Assembly (NCBI GenBank): GCA_039795165.1
Contig: JBDKER010000003.1
Location: forward strand, 32,376 to 96,375
Origin: Verrucomicrobiota bacterium
GTDB lineage: Bacteria; Verrucomicrobiota; Verrucomicrobiia; Verrucomicrobiales; V1-33
Direction of reading: 5' to 3'
DNA: 64,000 nucleotides
The translations under genes were made by a program, and so were the position numbers. The notes under the pieces are model-generated. The model searched no databases and was not told where the DNA came from. It saw nothing but the letters and a program-made list of their open reading frames with translations. Of the stretch, positions 49,606-60,207 are shown piece by piece (positions within the stretch are counted from its first letter, which is position 1; every line of letters begins with the position of its first letter).

Positions 49606-50490
49606 TCAGCGGGGCTGGTTCTGCCATTCGCTGAGGACGCCTTCGAGGTAGCGCCGGTAATCCGGGCTGCGGGTCGAGGCGATTACCCCGGAGAATTCGG
49701 CTTCCGTGATGAATCCGCGGTTAAAGGCGATTTCCTCAATGCAGGCGACCTTGAGATTCTGCTGGTGTTCGATCGTGGCGATGTAGTTGCCGGCTTCGAG
49801 GAGGCTGGCGGGGGTGCCGGTATCGAGCCATGCGATGCCGCGGCCGAGGAGTTCAACGCTGAGGGCTCCGTCGCGGAGGTAGGCATTGTTGAGGTCGGTG
49901 ATTTCCAGTTCTCCGCGGGCTGAGGGCTGCTGTTTTTTGACGCGGTCGACCACTGATTCGTCATAGACGTACAGGCCGGGGACAGCGTAGCTGCTGCGGG
50001 GTTTCTTTGGTTTTTCCTCGATGCTGAGGACGCGGCGCTGAGCATCGAATTCGACGACGCCGAACCGTTCGGGATCGCGCACGTGGTAGCCGAAGACGCA
50101 GGCTCCCTGATTCTTCTGGAGGGCGGCGCGGAAGAAGTCGAGTTTTCCGTAGAAGATATTGTCGCCGAGGATGAGGGTGGCACCGGAGCCGGCGAGGAAA
50201 TCCTCGGCGAGCAGGAAGGCCTGGGCGATGCCTTCGGGGGCGGGTTGTTCCTTGTATTCGAGGCGGATGCCGAGGCGGCTGCCATCGCCGAGCAGGTCGC
50301 GGAAGGCGGGCAGGTCCTTGGGAGTGGAGATGATGAGGATTTCCTGGATGCCGCCGAGCATGAGCGTGCTGAGCGGGTAGTAAATCATCGGTTTATCGTA
50401 GATCGGGAGCAGCTGCTTGCAGGCGATCCGGGTGAGGGGATCGAGTCGGGTACCGGCTCCGCCGGCGAGGATGATGCCTTTCTTGTTCAT
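49606..50490 (-). CDS. rfbA: Glucose-1-phosphate thymidylyltransferase
   Basis: [51 protein letters not shown]. Confidence 0.95.
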   Translation of the reverse strand: MNKKGIILAGGAGTRLDPLTRIACKQLLPIYDKPMIYYPLSTLMLGGIQEILIISTPKDLPAFRDLLGDGSRLGIRLEYKEQPAPEGIAQAFLLAEDFLAGSGATLILGDNIFYGKLDFFRAALQKNQGACVFGYHVRDPERFGVVEFDAQRRVLSIEEKPKKPRSSYAVPGLYVYDESVVDRVKKQQPSARGELEITDLNNAYLRDGALSVELLGRGIAWLDTGTPASLLEAGNYIATIEHQQNLKVACIEEIAFNRGFITEAEFSGVIASTRSPDYRRYLEGVLSEWQNQPR

Positions 50491-50589
50491 GGTAAGGATG
50501 CTGAGGGGAGTGGTGGTGAGCGAGTAAGCGCTGGTTGGCCGGGTGGGCAAGCGCTCGGGCAGACGGCTGGAGGTGGAATCTGCCGGCGG

Positions 50590-51402
50590 TCAGTGAGCGG
50601 TGACGCGGGTGAGGGTGCCGCGCTGGCGTCCGGTGCGGAGGACCCAGAGGTAAATGCCAGAGGCGATCGCCATCCATACGAGGTTGGTGATGAAGGCGAG
50701 GCCGAGGAGGGACCAATTGACGGGTTGGCCGCGGACGATGGCGCGCATTCCTTCGAAGACCGGGGCACAGGGCAGGCAGAGTCCGAGGTTCTGGGCCCAT
50801 GACGGCAGGACGGAGAGAGGGTAGTAGACGGCGGCGAGGGGCTGGATGAGAAAGGGGACGGCCCATGCGAGGCTTTCGGCGGCCTGTCCCCAGCGGAGGA
50901 TGAGGGCGCTGGATATCATGCCGAGGCTCCAGCCGAACATCATGAGCAGGGCGAAGAAGGGAAGCAGGTGCCAGCTGAAGAGGAAGACATTGAAGTGGTA
51001 GGCGATGCCCGAGAGGAGGGCGAGGGCCGTGACCGTGATGGCGATGCGGAGAGAGCCGACCACGAAGCCGCTGAGGATGTATTCGATGGGGCGGACGGGA
51101 GCGGCGAAGATGTTGAGGAGGTTTCTTGTCCAGACGTCCTCGAGGAAGGAAATGGCGACACCCTGCTGGGCGCGGAAAACGACATCCCACAGGAGAACGC
51201 CTCCAATGAGGGAGGGAATGAAGACCGGCACGGAGGGACCTCCCTTGGAAGACTCGAGCCACATGGCCAGATTCCCCCAGACCAGCAGTTCCATGACTGG
51301 CCAGAAGAGGAGTTCGACCAGCCGGATGGGATTCCGGGCGTAGAGGAAGAGGTGGCGGAGGACGAGGGCCTGAATGACGTGCAGGGACATCGCTTCAGGC
51401 AT
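50590..51402 (-). CDS. ABC-2 type transporter permease
   Basis: FLEDVWTRNLLNIFAAP, YYPLSVLPSW, VFEGMR; six hydrophobic segments; start uncertain. Confidence 0.82.
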   Translation of the reverse strand: MPEAMSLHVIQALVLRHLFLYARNPIRLVELLFWPVMELLVWGNLAMWLESSKGGPSVPVFIPSLIGGVLLWDVVFRAQQGVAISFLEDVWTRNLLNIFAAPVRPIEYILSGFVVGSLRIAITVTALALLSGIAYHFNVFLFSWHLLPFFALLMMFGWSLGMISSALILRWGQAAESLAWAVPFLIQPLAAVYYPLSVLPSWAQNLGLCLPCAPVFEGMRAIVRGQPVNWSLLGLAFITNLVWMAIASGIYLWVLRTGRQRGTLTRVTAH

Positions 51403-51468
51403 GGCCGTGCGGACGAGTGGCGTCAAGGCCCGGGGTGGTTTGTTCCGTGGGGGGCCTCGCCATTGGAA

Positions 51469-52329
51469 TCAGCCGGAAAAGCGGCGGCGCCAGTCGCGCG
51501 GGGGCATTTGTTTGAGGCGGAGGAACTGGCGGTTGAAGTTGGCGAGATTGGTGAAACCGCAGCTGAGGGCGATGGTGGTGACGGGGATATCGGTTTCGGC
51601 GAGGAGGCGGCAGGCGCGTCCGATGCGGAGCTCGTTGATGAAGCCGGGGACGGTTTTGCCTGTGCGGGTTTTGAAGAAGCGGCTGAAGGCTCCGGCGCTG
51701 AGGTGGACGAGGCTGGCGAGGTGGTCGAGGTAGATGGTTTCGTCGAGGTGCTTCTGGATGTACTGGACGACGCGGTTGACGCGGTCTTCGTCGCGGGGGT
51801 CGAGTTCCGGGGCGAAGCCGCGGCTGGCGATGGGGTGCAGTTCCCTTGATTCGGCAAGCCGCTGCAGGATTTCGAGGACCGTGATGACTCTGGGGAGGCC
51901 GGATTGGTGGGGGCAGCGGAGCAGAAGGGATTCGACGTCATCGCGGGTCCGGCCGGTGACGTGGAGGCCGAGGGCTGCGCGGTGGAGGAGGCGCTGGACC
52001 TGCTGCATGGCCGGGAGGTCGAGCCAGCCGCGTCCCAGCCAGTCGGGATGAAAGTGGATGCAGATGCTTTCGACGGCCTGGGGGCCTCCGGGGGCGTGGG
52101 CGTCGTTCTGCCAGTCGTGCGGGAGATTCGAGCCAACGAGGACCATGTCGCCGGGCTGGAGGCTGGTGAGGGCATCACCGACGAGGCGGTGCCCGCGGGC
52201 CTTCTGCACCATGGTGATTTCGAACTCCGGGTGGCAGTGCCAGACGCAGCCGAACGTGTTGCCGCGGACGACGTTGCAGTGGATGCCGTCTTCCGAGCTG
52301 GCGGCGAGTTTTTCAAAGGCAGGCTTCAT
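51469..52329 (-). CDS. AraC-family transcriptional regulator
   Basis: WHCHPEFEI cupin; FSRFFKTRTG, CGFTNLANFNRQF. Confidence 0.92.
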   Translation of the reverse strand: MKPAFEKLAASSEDGIHCNVVRGNTFGCVWHCHPEFEITMVQKARGHRLVGDALTSLQPGDMVLVGSNLPHDWQNDAHAPGGPQAVESICIHFHPDWLGRGWLDLPAMQQVQRLLHRAALGLHVTGRTRDDVESLLLRCPHQSGLPRVITVLEILQRLAESRELHPIASRGFAPELDPRDEDRVNRVVQYIQKHLDETIYLDHLASLVHLSAGAFSRFFKTRTGKTVPGFINELRIGRACRLLAETDIPVTTIALSCGFTNLANFNRQFLRLKQMPPRDWRRRFSG

Positions 52330-52478
52330 CCGAGGGGAGCGGTAGCGATTCCACTATCATGGAGGATTCTCCGCTCGCAAGGCCTGCGGACCGGGAAAAT
52401 GCAGGGAATCGGATGCGGCTCCGTGGGTGCGGGATGGGAAAGCTTGCGGGGACGGGTGTGGCTGGCATCCTTGCGGGG

Positions 52479-53579
52479 ATGAAAAACGAGATGCTGGGAA
52501 TGATCCGCTGTGCGCTGCTGATGCTGGTGGTTTCTGCGGGAGAGATCCGGGGCGGAGAAGGGCTGGAGAGCAGGGAATTCATTTATGAACGGGCTTCCTT
52601 TCCGTCGTGCCATGCCTCGACTCTGGCGGAGACGTCCACCGGGTTGGTGGCTGCGTGGTTCGGGGGGACGGAAGAGAAGCATCCCGACGTGGGAATCTGG
52701 GTGGCGCGGAAGGAGGGAGGGAAATGGAGCGAGCCCGTGGAAGTGGCCAACGGGGCCCCGGCCGAAGGTTCCGGGGACAAGCGGTATCCGACCTGGAATC
52801 CGGTGCTGTTTCAGGCTCCTGGCGGGCCACTGGTGCTCTTCTACAAGCTTGGTCCGTCCCCGGAGGCATGGTGGGGCATGCGGATGACGTCCGGTGACGG
52901 GGGAAAAACGTGGAGTCGGCCCGAGCGTTTGCCTGATGGAATGATCGGGCCGGTGAAGAACAAGCCGGTAGTGCTGCCGGACGGGTCGCTGCTCTGCGGG
53001 TCGAGTACCGAAGATGATGGCTGGCGGGTGCATTTCGAGAGGACCACGGATCTGGGGAGGACATGGAGCCGGACGGCGGCGGTGCATGATGGGAAGGCCA
53101 TTGCCGCGATTCAGCCATCGATTCTGTTCACGGGTGGGGACGGGCTGCTGGCGGTGGGGCGGACGCGGAACGGCAAGATCTTCCGGATTGCTTCCCCCGA
53201 TGCGGGCCACCGCTGGGGAGAAATGGGGCTGACGAATCTGCCCAATCCGAACAGCGGGACCGATGCGGTGACGCTGAAGGACGGACGGCATCTGCTGGTG
53301 TACAACCATGCGCCGGGATTGCCGCCGCGCTGGGGTGGGCCGCGTTCGCCGCTCAATGTCGCGGTTTCCGAGGACGGGATGGTCTGGCAGGCCGCGCTGG
53401 TCCTCGAGGATGAAAAGGGCGGGGAATTCAGTTATCCGGCGGTGCTGCAGTCAGCCGATGGCCGGGTGCACGTCACATGGACATGGAAACGACAGCGGAT
53501 CCGGCATGCGGTCATTGATCCTGCGAAGCTGCGGCCGGTGGCGATGCCCGATGGGGTCTGGCCTGCCGCGGTGCGCTGA
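52479..53579 (+). CDS. BNR/Asp-box beta-propeller protein (sialidase-like)
   Basis: SCHAST, WFGG, Asp boxes SGDGGKTW / TTDLGRTW / SPDAGHRW / SEDGMVW, EFSYP. Confidence 0.85.
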   Translation: MKNEMLGMIRCALLMLVVSAGEIRGGEGLESREFIYERASFPSCHASTLAETSTGLVAAWFGGTEEKHPDVGIWVARKEGGKWSEPVEVANGAPAEGSGDKRYPTWNPVLFQAPGGPLVLFYKLGPSPEAWWGMRMTSGDGGKTWSRPERLPDGMIGPVKNKPVVLPDGSLLCGSSTEDDGWRVHFERTTDLGRTWSRTAAVHDGKAIAAIQPSILFTGGDGLLAVGRTRNGKIFRIASPDAGHRWGEMGLTNLPNPNSGTDAVTLKDGRHLLVYNHAPGLPPRWGGPRSPLNVAVSEDGMVWQAALVLEDEKGGEFSYPAVLQSADGRVHVTWTWKRQRIRHAVIDPAKLRPVAMPDGVWPAAVR

Positions 53580-53604
53580 TGGGTGCGGGTGCGGGGCGCT
53601 TGGT

Positions 53605-54774
53605 TCAGCCCTTTCCCTTCCGGCGGGGGCGGTGTTCGCTGCGGAACTGGCCGGGCGGCATGCCCACCTTGTTCTTGAAGACGGCCGAGAGATACTCGAC
53701 ATAGCGGAAACCGGTGCGGTCTGCGATTTCTGCGAGGGGAAGATCGGTTTCCGCGAGGAGTTCCTTGACGCGGCGGAGCTGGACGCGGGTGATTTCGTCG
53801 TGCGGGCTGCGGCCGAGGAGTTTCTTGAAACGGGTTTCGAGGAGGCGGCGCGAGAGGGCGGCATGGGAGACGACATCGTCGACGCAGATCCCTTCGCAGG
53901 CGTGTTCCCGAATGTAGCGCACGGCGCGGGCCACATTGCGGTCTTCCACGGCAAGCACGTCAGTGCTCTGGCGGGTGACTACGCCGATGGGCGGAATGAG
54001 TCGCGTCATGGGGCCGGGATCGCGACCGGCCATGAGAGCTTCGAGGACCGCGGCGGCTTCGTAGCCAGTGCGGCGGGCATTGGGAACGACACTCGAGAGA
54101 GGTGGAAAGGCGAGCGCGCAGAGGAGTTCGTCATTGTCGACGCCCAGCACGGCAACCTCGTCCGGTACGGGAATGGAAAAACGGCGGCATGCATCGAGCA
54201 CTTCGCGGCCGCGGATATCGTAGCAGGTGAAGACAGCGACCGGGCGGGGTAGCTGCAGCAGCCATTGGCCGAGGGCCTCGAGGCCCGCGTCGTCGTCCGT
54301 CTCCGCGCTGGCCGGCGGTGGCTGGTATTCCGAGGCGGCGAACCCGGCTTCCGCAAGGGCCGCGGCATAGCCATCGCCGCGCAGCTTCGACCAGACAAAG
54401 CGGGGATCGCCGCACCATGCGAAATGGCGGAAACCCCGCTCGAGAAAGTGTTCTGCGGCCATGCGGCCGACGGCACCCTCGTCGATCTCCAGCATGGGAA
54501 GATCCGGCAGAAGCCGGGCTGCACTCAGATCGACGGCCGGAATGGCCAGTGTCGAGATGACACGGGCAATGGCCGGATTCTCGATCCTTGCGATGATGCC
54601 ATCGCCTTTCCATTTGGTGAGCCAGTGGGGTGGCTCGTCGCCGCGGCTCTGCTCATCGAGGTAGACCGACCATGGCCGATGTTCCCTGATGAACGCCTGG
54701 ATGCCCCCGAGGAGACCGCGGGCATAGGCATTCGAGGTTTCGATGAGCAGCGCTACTTTCGGGAAGGCAGGCAT
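53605..54774 (-). CDS. XylR-type LacI-AraC hybrid regulator
   Basis: VALLIETSNAYARG, DGIIAR, VLGVDND, LSS; C-terminal AraC HTH. Confidence 0.9.
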   Translation of the reverse strand: MPAFPKVALLIETSNAYARGLLGGIQAFIREHRPWSVYLDEQSRGDEPPHWLTKWKGDGIIARIENPAIARVISTLAIPAVDLSAARLLPDLPMLEIDEGAVGRMAAEHFLERGFRHFAWCGDPRFVWSKLRGDGYAAALAEAGFAASEYQPPPASAETDDDAGLEALGQWLLQLPRPVAVFTCYDIRGREVLDACRRFSIPVPDEVAVLGVDNDELLCALAFPPLSSVVPNARRTGYEAAAVLEALMAGRDPGPMTRLIPPIGVVTRQSTDVLAVEDRNVARAVRYIREHACEGICVDDVVSHAALSRRLLETRFKKLLGRSPHDEITRVQLRRVKELLAETDLPLAEIADRTGFRYVEYLSAVFKNKVGMPPGQFRSEHRPRRKGKG

Positions 54775-54801
54775 CGGAGGGGGGTGCCGCCCCGGCCCGT
54801 C

Positions 54802-55950
54802 TCAGGAGGACAGAGTGAAGGCCGGCAGCTTGATGATCTGTCCGCCTTTCATGGCGGATTCGTGTGCGCAGAGACCCACGCACGTCCAGTTGGCTGACTG
54901 GCGGGCATTGGGGAAGGGTTCGCGGTCGTCGACGAGCGCGCTGATGATTTCGTGGGCAAGGTGGGGGTGGCTGCCTCCGTGGCCCGCCCCCTGGGTGAAA
55001 CTGAGGTGCGTCTTCTTCCCGAGATCGTACACTCCCTTGGTGGTGAATGGCTGAATGGCTTTCGGGAGGCGTTTGGCGTAGTCGGGAGCCGTCACCTTTT
55101 TGGGGATCTTGGGTTCCGGCAACTTGGCGCGGTGCATGACGAGCGGTTCGTGTTCGATGAGGGGCCATTCCACAGAGATCTTGTCGCCGTAGACATCGAT
55201 GCTCTCGCGGTACTGGCGGGCTGTGTCGAAGAGGCTGCGGATGATGCGGGCCGAGAGGTCGCTGTTGCGGAACTTGATGTGTGCAGTTTCGACGGCAAAA
55301 GGGCTGCCGTAGTGTTTCTGCAGTTCCTCGCGGACGGTGCCGGAACCGAAGCAGCTGACATATTCGGCGTCGGCTTCGGCAAGTCCGGCTACGGGTCCGA
55401 CGCAGTGGGTGGCGTACCACATGGGGGGCAGTCCAGGCCAGTAGTTTGGCCATCCGTCCATGTCCTGCTGGTGCGAAGCCTGCACGAACTGAAGCTTTCC
55501 GAGAATCCCTTTGTCCTTGAGTTCCTTCATGTAGAGGTACTCGCGGGCATAGACGACCGTTTCCGCCATCATGTACTTCAGGCCCGTCTTCTTGACGAGG
55601 TCGACGATCTGCTTGCATTCCTCGATGCTGGTGGCCATCGGCACGGTACAGCAGACGTGCTTGCCGGCTTTGAGAGCGGCAATGGACTGCCAGCCATGAT
55701 CCGGGATGGGGGAATTGATGTGGACCAGGTCAATGTCCGGGTCCTTGAGCATCTCATTGAAATCGGTGTAGCGCTTTTCGATTTCGAAGGCATCGCCAAT
55801 GGCATCGAGCTTCGAGCGCGTGCGCTGGCAGATCGCGTACATCTTCGCCTGCGGGTGGCGCTGGTAGATCGGAATGAATTCGGCTCCGAATCCGAGGCCG
55901 ACGATGGCCACGTTCACCTTCTTGTAGGATTTTTTCGCTTTGGCTGGCAT
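54802..55950 (-). CDS. Gfo/Idh/MocA-family oxidoreductase
   Basis: VAIVGLGFG, GKHVCCTVPM, GHGGSHPHL. Confidence 0.88.
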   Translation of the reverse strand: MPAKAKKSYKKVNVAIVGLGFGAEFIPIYQRHPQAKMYAICQRTRSKLDAIGDAFEIEKRYTDFNEMLKDPDIDLVHINSPIPDHGWQSIAALKAGKHVCCTVPMATSIEECKQIVDLVKKTGLKYMMAETVVYAREYLYMKELKDKGILGKLQFVQASHQQDMDGWPNYWPGLPPMWYATHCVGPVAGLAEADAEYVSCFGSGTVREELQKHYGSPFAVETAHIKFRNSDLSARIIRSLFDTARQYRESIDVYGDKISVEWPLIEHEPLVMHRAKLPEPKIPKKVTAPDYAKRLPKAIQPFTTKGVYDLGKKTHLSFTQGAGHGGSHPHLAHEIISALVDDREPFPNARQSANWTCVGLCAHESAMKGGQIIKLPAFTLSS

Positions 55951-56131
55951 GGGGTGCTGAGATGAGTGGAAAGATGGGGGGGACTGAGAAAATGCGACGC
56001 CACTGTGTTCCCGGAAAACCGGACGATCCAGTGATTCTTGCGTATTTGACTTGAGGAAATGGACACCCAGTCCGGTCAGGATGAGGCGGGTGCTTCCGGG
56101 TCTCGGTTCGCGGGGCGCACCCCGGAGCCAT

Positions 56132-56506
56132 TCACTTCCGTGGCGGCGTGGTCTTGGCCGTGGTCTTGGCCGCTGCTTTGGGCACCGATTTCTTGCGGGG
56201 GGCGCGCTTGATTTCGACCGGGCCGAGTTCGCGCTTCATGATGGCGAAGAGGCGCTGCAGTTCGAGTTTCTTGGAAGCCGGGATCTCGTTCCAATGGGTA
56301 TCGGTGAGCGCTCCTTCGATGGCGTAGGCGGCCACCACGGAAACAGGATGACCGGCCTGGAGCATGCGGCGGCAGACTTCGATGGCTCCCAGCTTGGCGA
56401 GTTCCGATTTGGTTTTGACTCCTGCATCGAGGAGCCAAAGGGCGGTTTTTTCCCCGAGATTCTTCAGGGCGGCAAGCTGGCGGAGGCTGGTTTCTGCGTC
56501 TGGCAT
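56132..56506 (-). CDS. TfoX/Sxy C-terminal domain protein with basic tail
   Basis: LKNLGEKT..L..AGV....L..LGA, YAIEGAL...HWN; tail KRAPRKKSVPKAAAKTTAKTTPPRK. Confidence 0.82.
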   Translation of the reverse strand: MPDAETSLRQLAALKNLGEKTALWLLDAGVKTKSELAKLGAIEVCRRMLQAGHPVSVVAAYAIEGALTDTHWNEIPASKKLELQRLFAIMKRELGPVEIKRAPRKKSVPKAAAKTTAKTTPPRK

Positions 56507-56508
56507 AG

Positions 56509-57018
<510 letters not shown>

Positions 57019-57046
57019 GAACAGAAAACCAGAAGAAATCAACAGC

Positions 57047-58447
57047 ATGAAAACAATTCTTGGAATCATAGCATTGAGCATGTGGACGGCCTTCGGAGGC
57101 CTGACGGCGGTGGCACAGGACGCGGCGCCACCGGCTGCCGCGGCGGAAACGGCGGCACCTGCCGCGGAAGCTCCGGCGGCGGCGGAGGCTCCGGCGGAGG
57201 AAGCGCCCAAGCCTCTTGATCCCGGGCATCAGGCCTGGCAGATGACATCGACGGCGCTGGTGCTATTCATGACGCTGCCGGGCTTGGCGCTTTTCTACGG
57301 CGGGCTTGTCCGGAAGAAGAACGTGCTTTCGGTGCTGGCGCAGTGTCTTGGCATTGCGGGCATGGTGACGATCCTGTGGTGGCTGTGCGGCTACAGTCTG
57401 GCGTTCAGCGGGGCTGGGAAATTCATCGGAAACCTGGACATGATTTTCTTCCGGGGGATTGATCCTGCGAAGACTGGCGAAGGCAGCGCTGACATTTCGA
57501 ATGGGATCTGGGTGATTTTCCAGCTCACCTTTGCGATCATTACGCCAGCGCTCATTGTCGGGGCGATTGCCGAGCGGATGAAGTTTGCTGCGGTGATGCT
57601 GTTTGTGCTGCTGTGGATGTTTGCGGTTTATTTCCCGCTGGCGCACATGGTGTGGGATTCTGACGGATTCATGTGCGGTGGCCTCGCTGGTGACAAGGCA
57701 CCGATTGCGGCGCTGGACTTTGCGGGCGGTACGGTGGTGCACATGAGTTCGGGATTCAGTGCCCTTGTGCTGTGCATCCTGCTCGGGAAGCGTCACAACT
57801 ACGGCAAGGAGAAGATGTCTCCGCACAGCATGGTTTTGTGCATGGTGGGTACCGGGATGCTCTGGGTGGGCTGGTACGGCTTCAATGCGGGTTCGGCTCT
57901 TGGTTCGAATGCTCTCGCGGTGACTGCATTTGTGACGACCACGCTGGCGGCCGGGACGGCTGGGTTCGTGTGGGGCATGGTGGAATGGCTGCACCGCGGC
58001 AAGCCGAGTGTGCTGGGCTTCTGTTCCGGGATTGTTGCAGGTCTGGTGGTGGTGACCCCTGCCTGCGGGTTCATCACCTTCAACGGAGCCATGATCATCG
58101 GGCTGCTGGCCGGCATCATTCCGTACTTTGCGGTGGTCGTGCTGAAGGCGAAGCTGGGGTATGACGACGCTCTCGACACCTTTGGTGTTCACGGAGTGGG
58201 TGGGACCCTGGGAGCCATTCTGACTGGTGTGCTCGCGGACCCATCCAATTCGACTGTTGCCGCGGTCAAGGACGGCCTGCTGCTCAATCAGATCAAGGCC
58301 GGGGCGGTGACCATTGTGCTGAGCGTGGTCGCGACGGTGGTGATAACCTTTATTGTGAAGGCCGTGGTGGGCCTGCGTCCGTCTGCTGAAGACGAGACGA
58401 TCGGACTCGACCTTACCGATCACGGTGAGGAAGGCTACCACGCCTGA
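57047..58447 (+). CDS. amtB: Ammonium transporter
   Basis: PGLALFYGG, FQLTFAII, DFAGGTVVH, WYGFNAGS, DDALDTFGVHG, HGEEGY. Confidence 0.96.
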   Translation: MKTILGIIALSMWTAFGGLTAVAQDAAPPAAAAETAAPAAEAPAAAEAPAEEAPKPLDPGHQAWQMTSTALVLFMTLPGLALFYGGLVRKKNVLSVLAQCLGIAGMVTILWWLCGYSLAFSGAGKFIGNLDMIFFRGIDPAKTGEGSADISNGIWVIFQLTFAIITPALIVGAIAERMKFAAVMLFVLLWMFAVYFPLAHMVWDSDGFMCGGLAGDKAPIAALDFAGGTVVHMSSGFSALVLCILLGKRHNYGKEKMSPHSMVLCMVGTGMLWVGWYGFNAGSALGSNALAVTAFVTTTLAAGTAGFVWGMVEWLHRGKPSVLGFCSGIVAGLVVVTPACGFITFNGAMIIGLLAGIIPYFAVVVLKAKLGYDDALDTFGVHGVGGTLGAILTGVLADPSNSTVAAVKDGLLLNQIKAGAVTIVLSVVATVVITFIVKAVVGLRPSAEDETIGLDLTDHGEEGYHA

Positions 58448-58477
58448 GCAGTATCCAATCGGGGTTGCTGCAGAAAC

Positions 58478-58525
58478 GCTGTGCCCGGGACCGGCTGAAA
58501 AGCTGACCCGGGCACAGCCATTTTG
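58478..58525 (+). terminator. Hairpin after amtB
   Basis: GCTGTGCCCGGG...CCCGGGCACAGC followed by CATTTTG. Confidence 0.65.
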
Positions 58526-58636
58526 CGGTGGAGCGGAGAGCGGTTTGCGTGAGTGGCGTGTGCTCCGTGGCTGGCATGTCATTCCAACTCGGCAAGAGTG
58601 GGAAGAGCGGGCCGGAACGGAGACCGGGAAAGCCGG

Positions 58637-59347
58637 TCAGATGGTGCGGCGCTGGGCGTCTGCGGGCGGCCGTTCTCCTCCGTGGCGGATATCGTATGCG
58701 GTCAGGAGGTAGACGGCGTCCTCCGAGATATTGACAGACTGGTCGCCGATGCGTTCGAGGAGGCTGGTGATGAACAGTGCGTCGACATGTTCCCGGATGC
58801 GGACGGGATTCTGTTCCATGCGCGCGATGATGTCGCGGTGGAAGGCCTTGTAGGCGGCGTCGATTTCGTCATCGCGGCCCTGGATGCGGAGGGCGAGTTC
58901 GAGGTCGCCATTGCAGAAGGAATCGACGCTGTCCTTGAGCTGGGCGGCGACGAGTTCGTGGATGCCGCGGATGCCTTCGACTTCCTCGGTGGCAGGGTGC
59001 TGCATGATCTGGCGGGCGCGGCGGGCGAGGCTGACGGCGTGGTCGGTGATCCTTTCCAGAGCGGTGGAGACCTTCATGGTGGCGACGACGCGGCGCAGGT
59101 TGCGGGCGACCGGGCTGTATTTGACCATGATTTCGATCCCTTCGCGGTCGATCTTCTTCTGGAGTTCATCGACTTCGTCGTCGTCGGCGATGGTACGGTT
59201 GCAGAGGTCCGGATTTCTTTCGTAGAGGCCCTGCATGGCGTGGCCGAGGCTGCGCTGGGCGATGTCCCCCATCTGGCGGATGTCGGCTTTGAGGTTATTG
59301 ATGGCGTCTTCAAACACCCCGAGAATATGGCGGGAATCAGTGCTCAT
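58637..59347 (-). CDS. phoU: Phosphate signalling protein PhoU
   Basis: DDEVDELQ, LERITDHA, RDDEID, LERIGDQSVNISE, DIRH. Confidence 0.93.
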   Translation of the reverse strand: MSTDSRHILGVFEDAINNLKADIRQMGDIAQRSLGHAMQGLYERNPDLCNRTIADDDEVDELQKKIDREGIEIMVKYSPVARNLRRVVATMKVSTALERITDHAVSLARRARQIMQHPATEEVEGIRGIHELVAAQLKDSVDSFCNGDLELALRIQGRDDEIDAAYKAFHRDIIARMEQNPVRIREHVDALFITSLLERIGDQSVNISEDAVYLLTAYDIRHGGERPPADAQRRTI

Positions 59348-59351
59348 GTGC

Positions 59352-59369
59352 GTGTCAGTTTTGTAACGG
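59352..59369 (-). promoter_or_regulatory. Pho-box-like site upstream of phoU
   Basis: Minus strand CCGTTAC-AAAA-CTGACAC; matches CTGTCATAAAACTGTCAC at 14/18 and the pstS-upstream site at 15/18. Confidence 0.5.
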
Positions 59370-59418
59370 AGTCCGGAGCACGGTGGTGCCCGGGAGGGAG
59401 AGAGGATGGTCGTGGGGA

Positions 59419-60189
59419 TCAGCCGTAGCGGCCCTCGATGTACATGCCGGTTTTCTCGTGCCGCGGAGCTGTGAAAAGGTCGAGGGTGGGCGAGTGTTCG
59501 ATGATTTCGCCCATGAGCATGAAGATGCATTCGTCACTGGCGCGGCGTGCCTGGGCCATGTTGTGGGTGACCATGACGATGGTGAACGTGCGTTTCAGTT
59601 CCGAGATGAGTTCCTCGATGCGTTCGATGCCTGCGGCATCGAGAGCCGAGCAGGGTTCGTCCATGAGGATGATGTCCGGTTTGAGCGGGAGCAGTCGGGC
59701 GATGCAGAGTTTCTGCTGCTGTTCGAGGGTTAGTTCCGTGGCTTTGCGGCGGAGGTTGTCGCACACGGTATCCCAGAGCGAGACCTCGCGGAGGGCGGAT
59801 TCGACCGCTTGGTCGAGCACGCTGCGGGAGAGCTGGGAAGCGGGGGTGTGGGCCCTCAGGCCGAAGACAACATTTTCGTAGATGGAGACGGGGAGTGGAT
59901 TGGGCCGCTGGAAGACCATGCCGGTGCGTTTCCGGAGGGACGCGAGGGAGACATCTTCATCGAGGATGTTCTTGCCGAGGATGGTGATGCGCCCGGTGGT
60001 GCGCACGTTGCCGTAGCGTTCGTTGATGCGGTTGAACGAGCGGAGCAGGGTGGTTTTGCCGCAGCCGGAAGGTCCGATGAGGGAAGTGATGATGCCCGGG
60101 CGGATCTGCACGCTTACGTCGGTGAGGGCCTGAAAGCTGCCGTACCAGAGGTTGAAGTTCTGAACGTCGATGCTGATGGGAGATGGCAT
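59419..60189 (-). CDS. pstB: Phosphate ABC ATP-binding protein (canonical Walker A/B, degenerate signature)
   Basis: GPSGCGKT, MVFQRPNP, LMDEPCSALD, VTHN, EGRYG; signature reads LTLEQQQK. Confidence 0.9.
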   Translation of the reverse strand: MPSPISIDVQNFNLWYGSFQALTDVSVQIRPGIITSLIGPSGCGKTTLLRSFNRINERYGNVRTTGRITILGKNILDEDVSLASLRKRTGMVFQRPNPLPVSIYENVVFGLRAHTPASQLSRSVLDQAVESALREVSLWDTVCDNLRRKATELTLEQQQKLCIARLLPLKPDIILMDEPCSALDAAGIERIEELISELKRTFTIVMVTHNMAQARRASDECIFMLMGEIIEHSPTLDLFTAPRHEKTGMYIEGRYG

Positions 60190-60207
60190 GGCGCGGGTGG
60201 GGGGAGT

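Noticed and set aside
57120-57210. Ala/Pro/Glu repeats at the AmtB N-terminus
   Set aside because: An ordinary low-complexity linker after the signal peptide.
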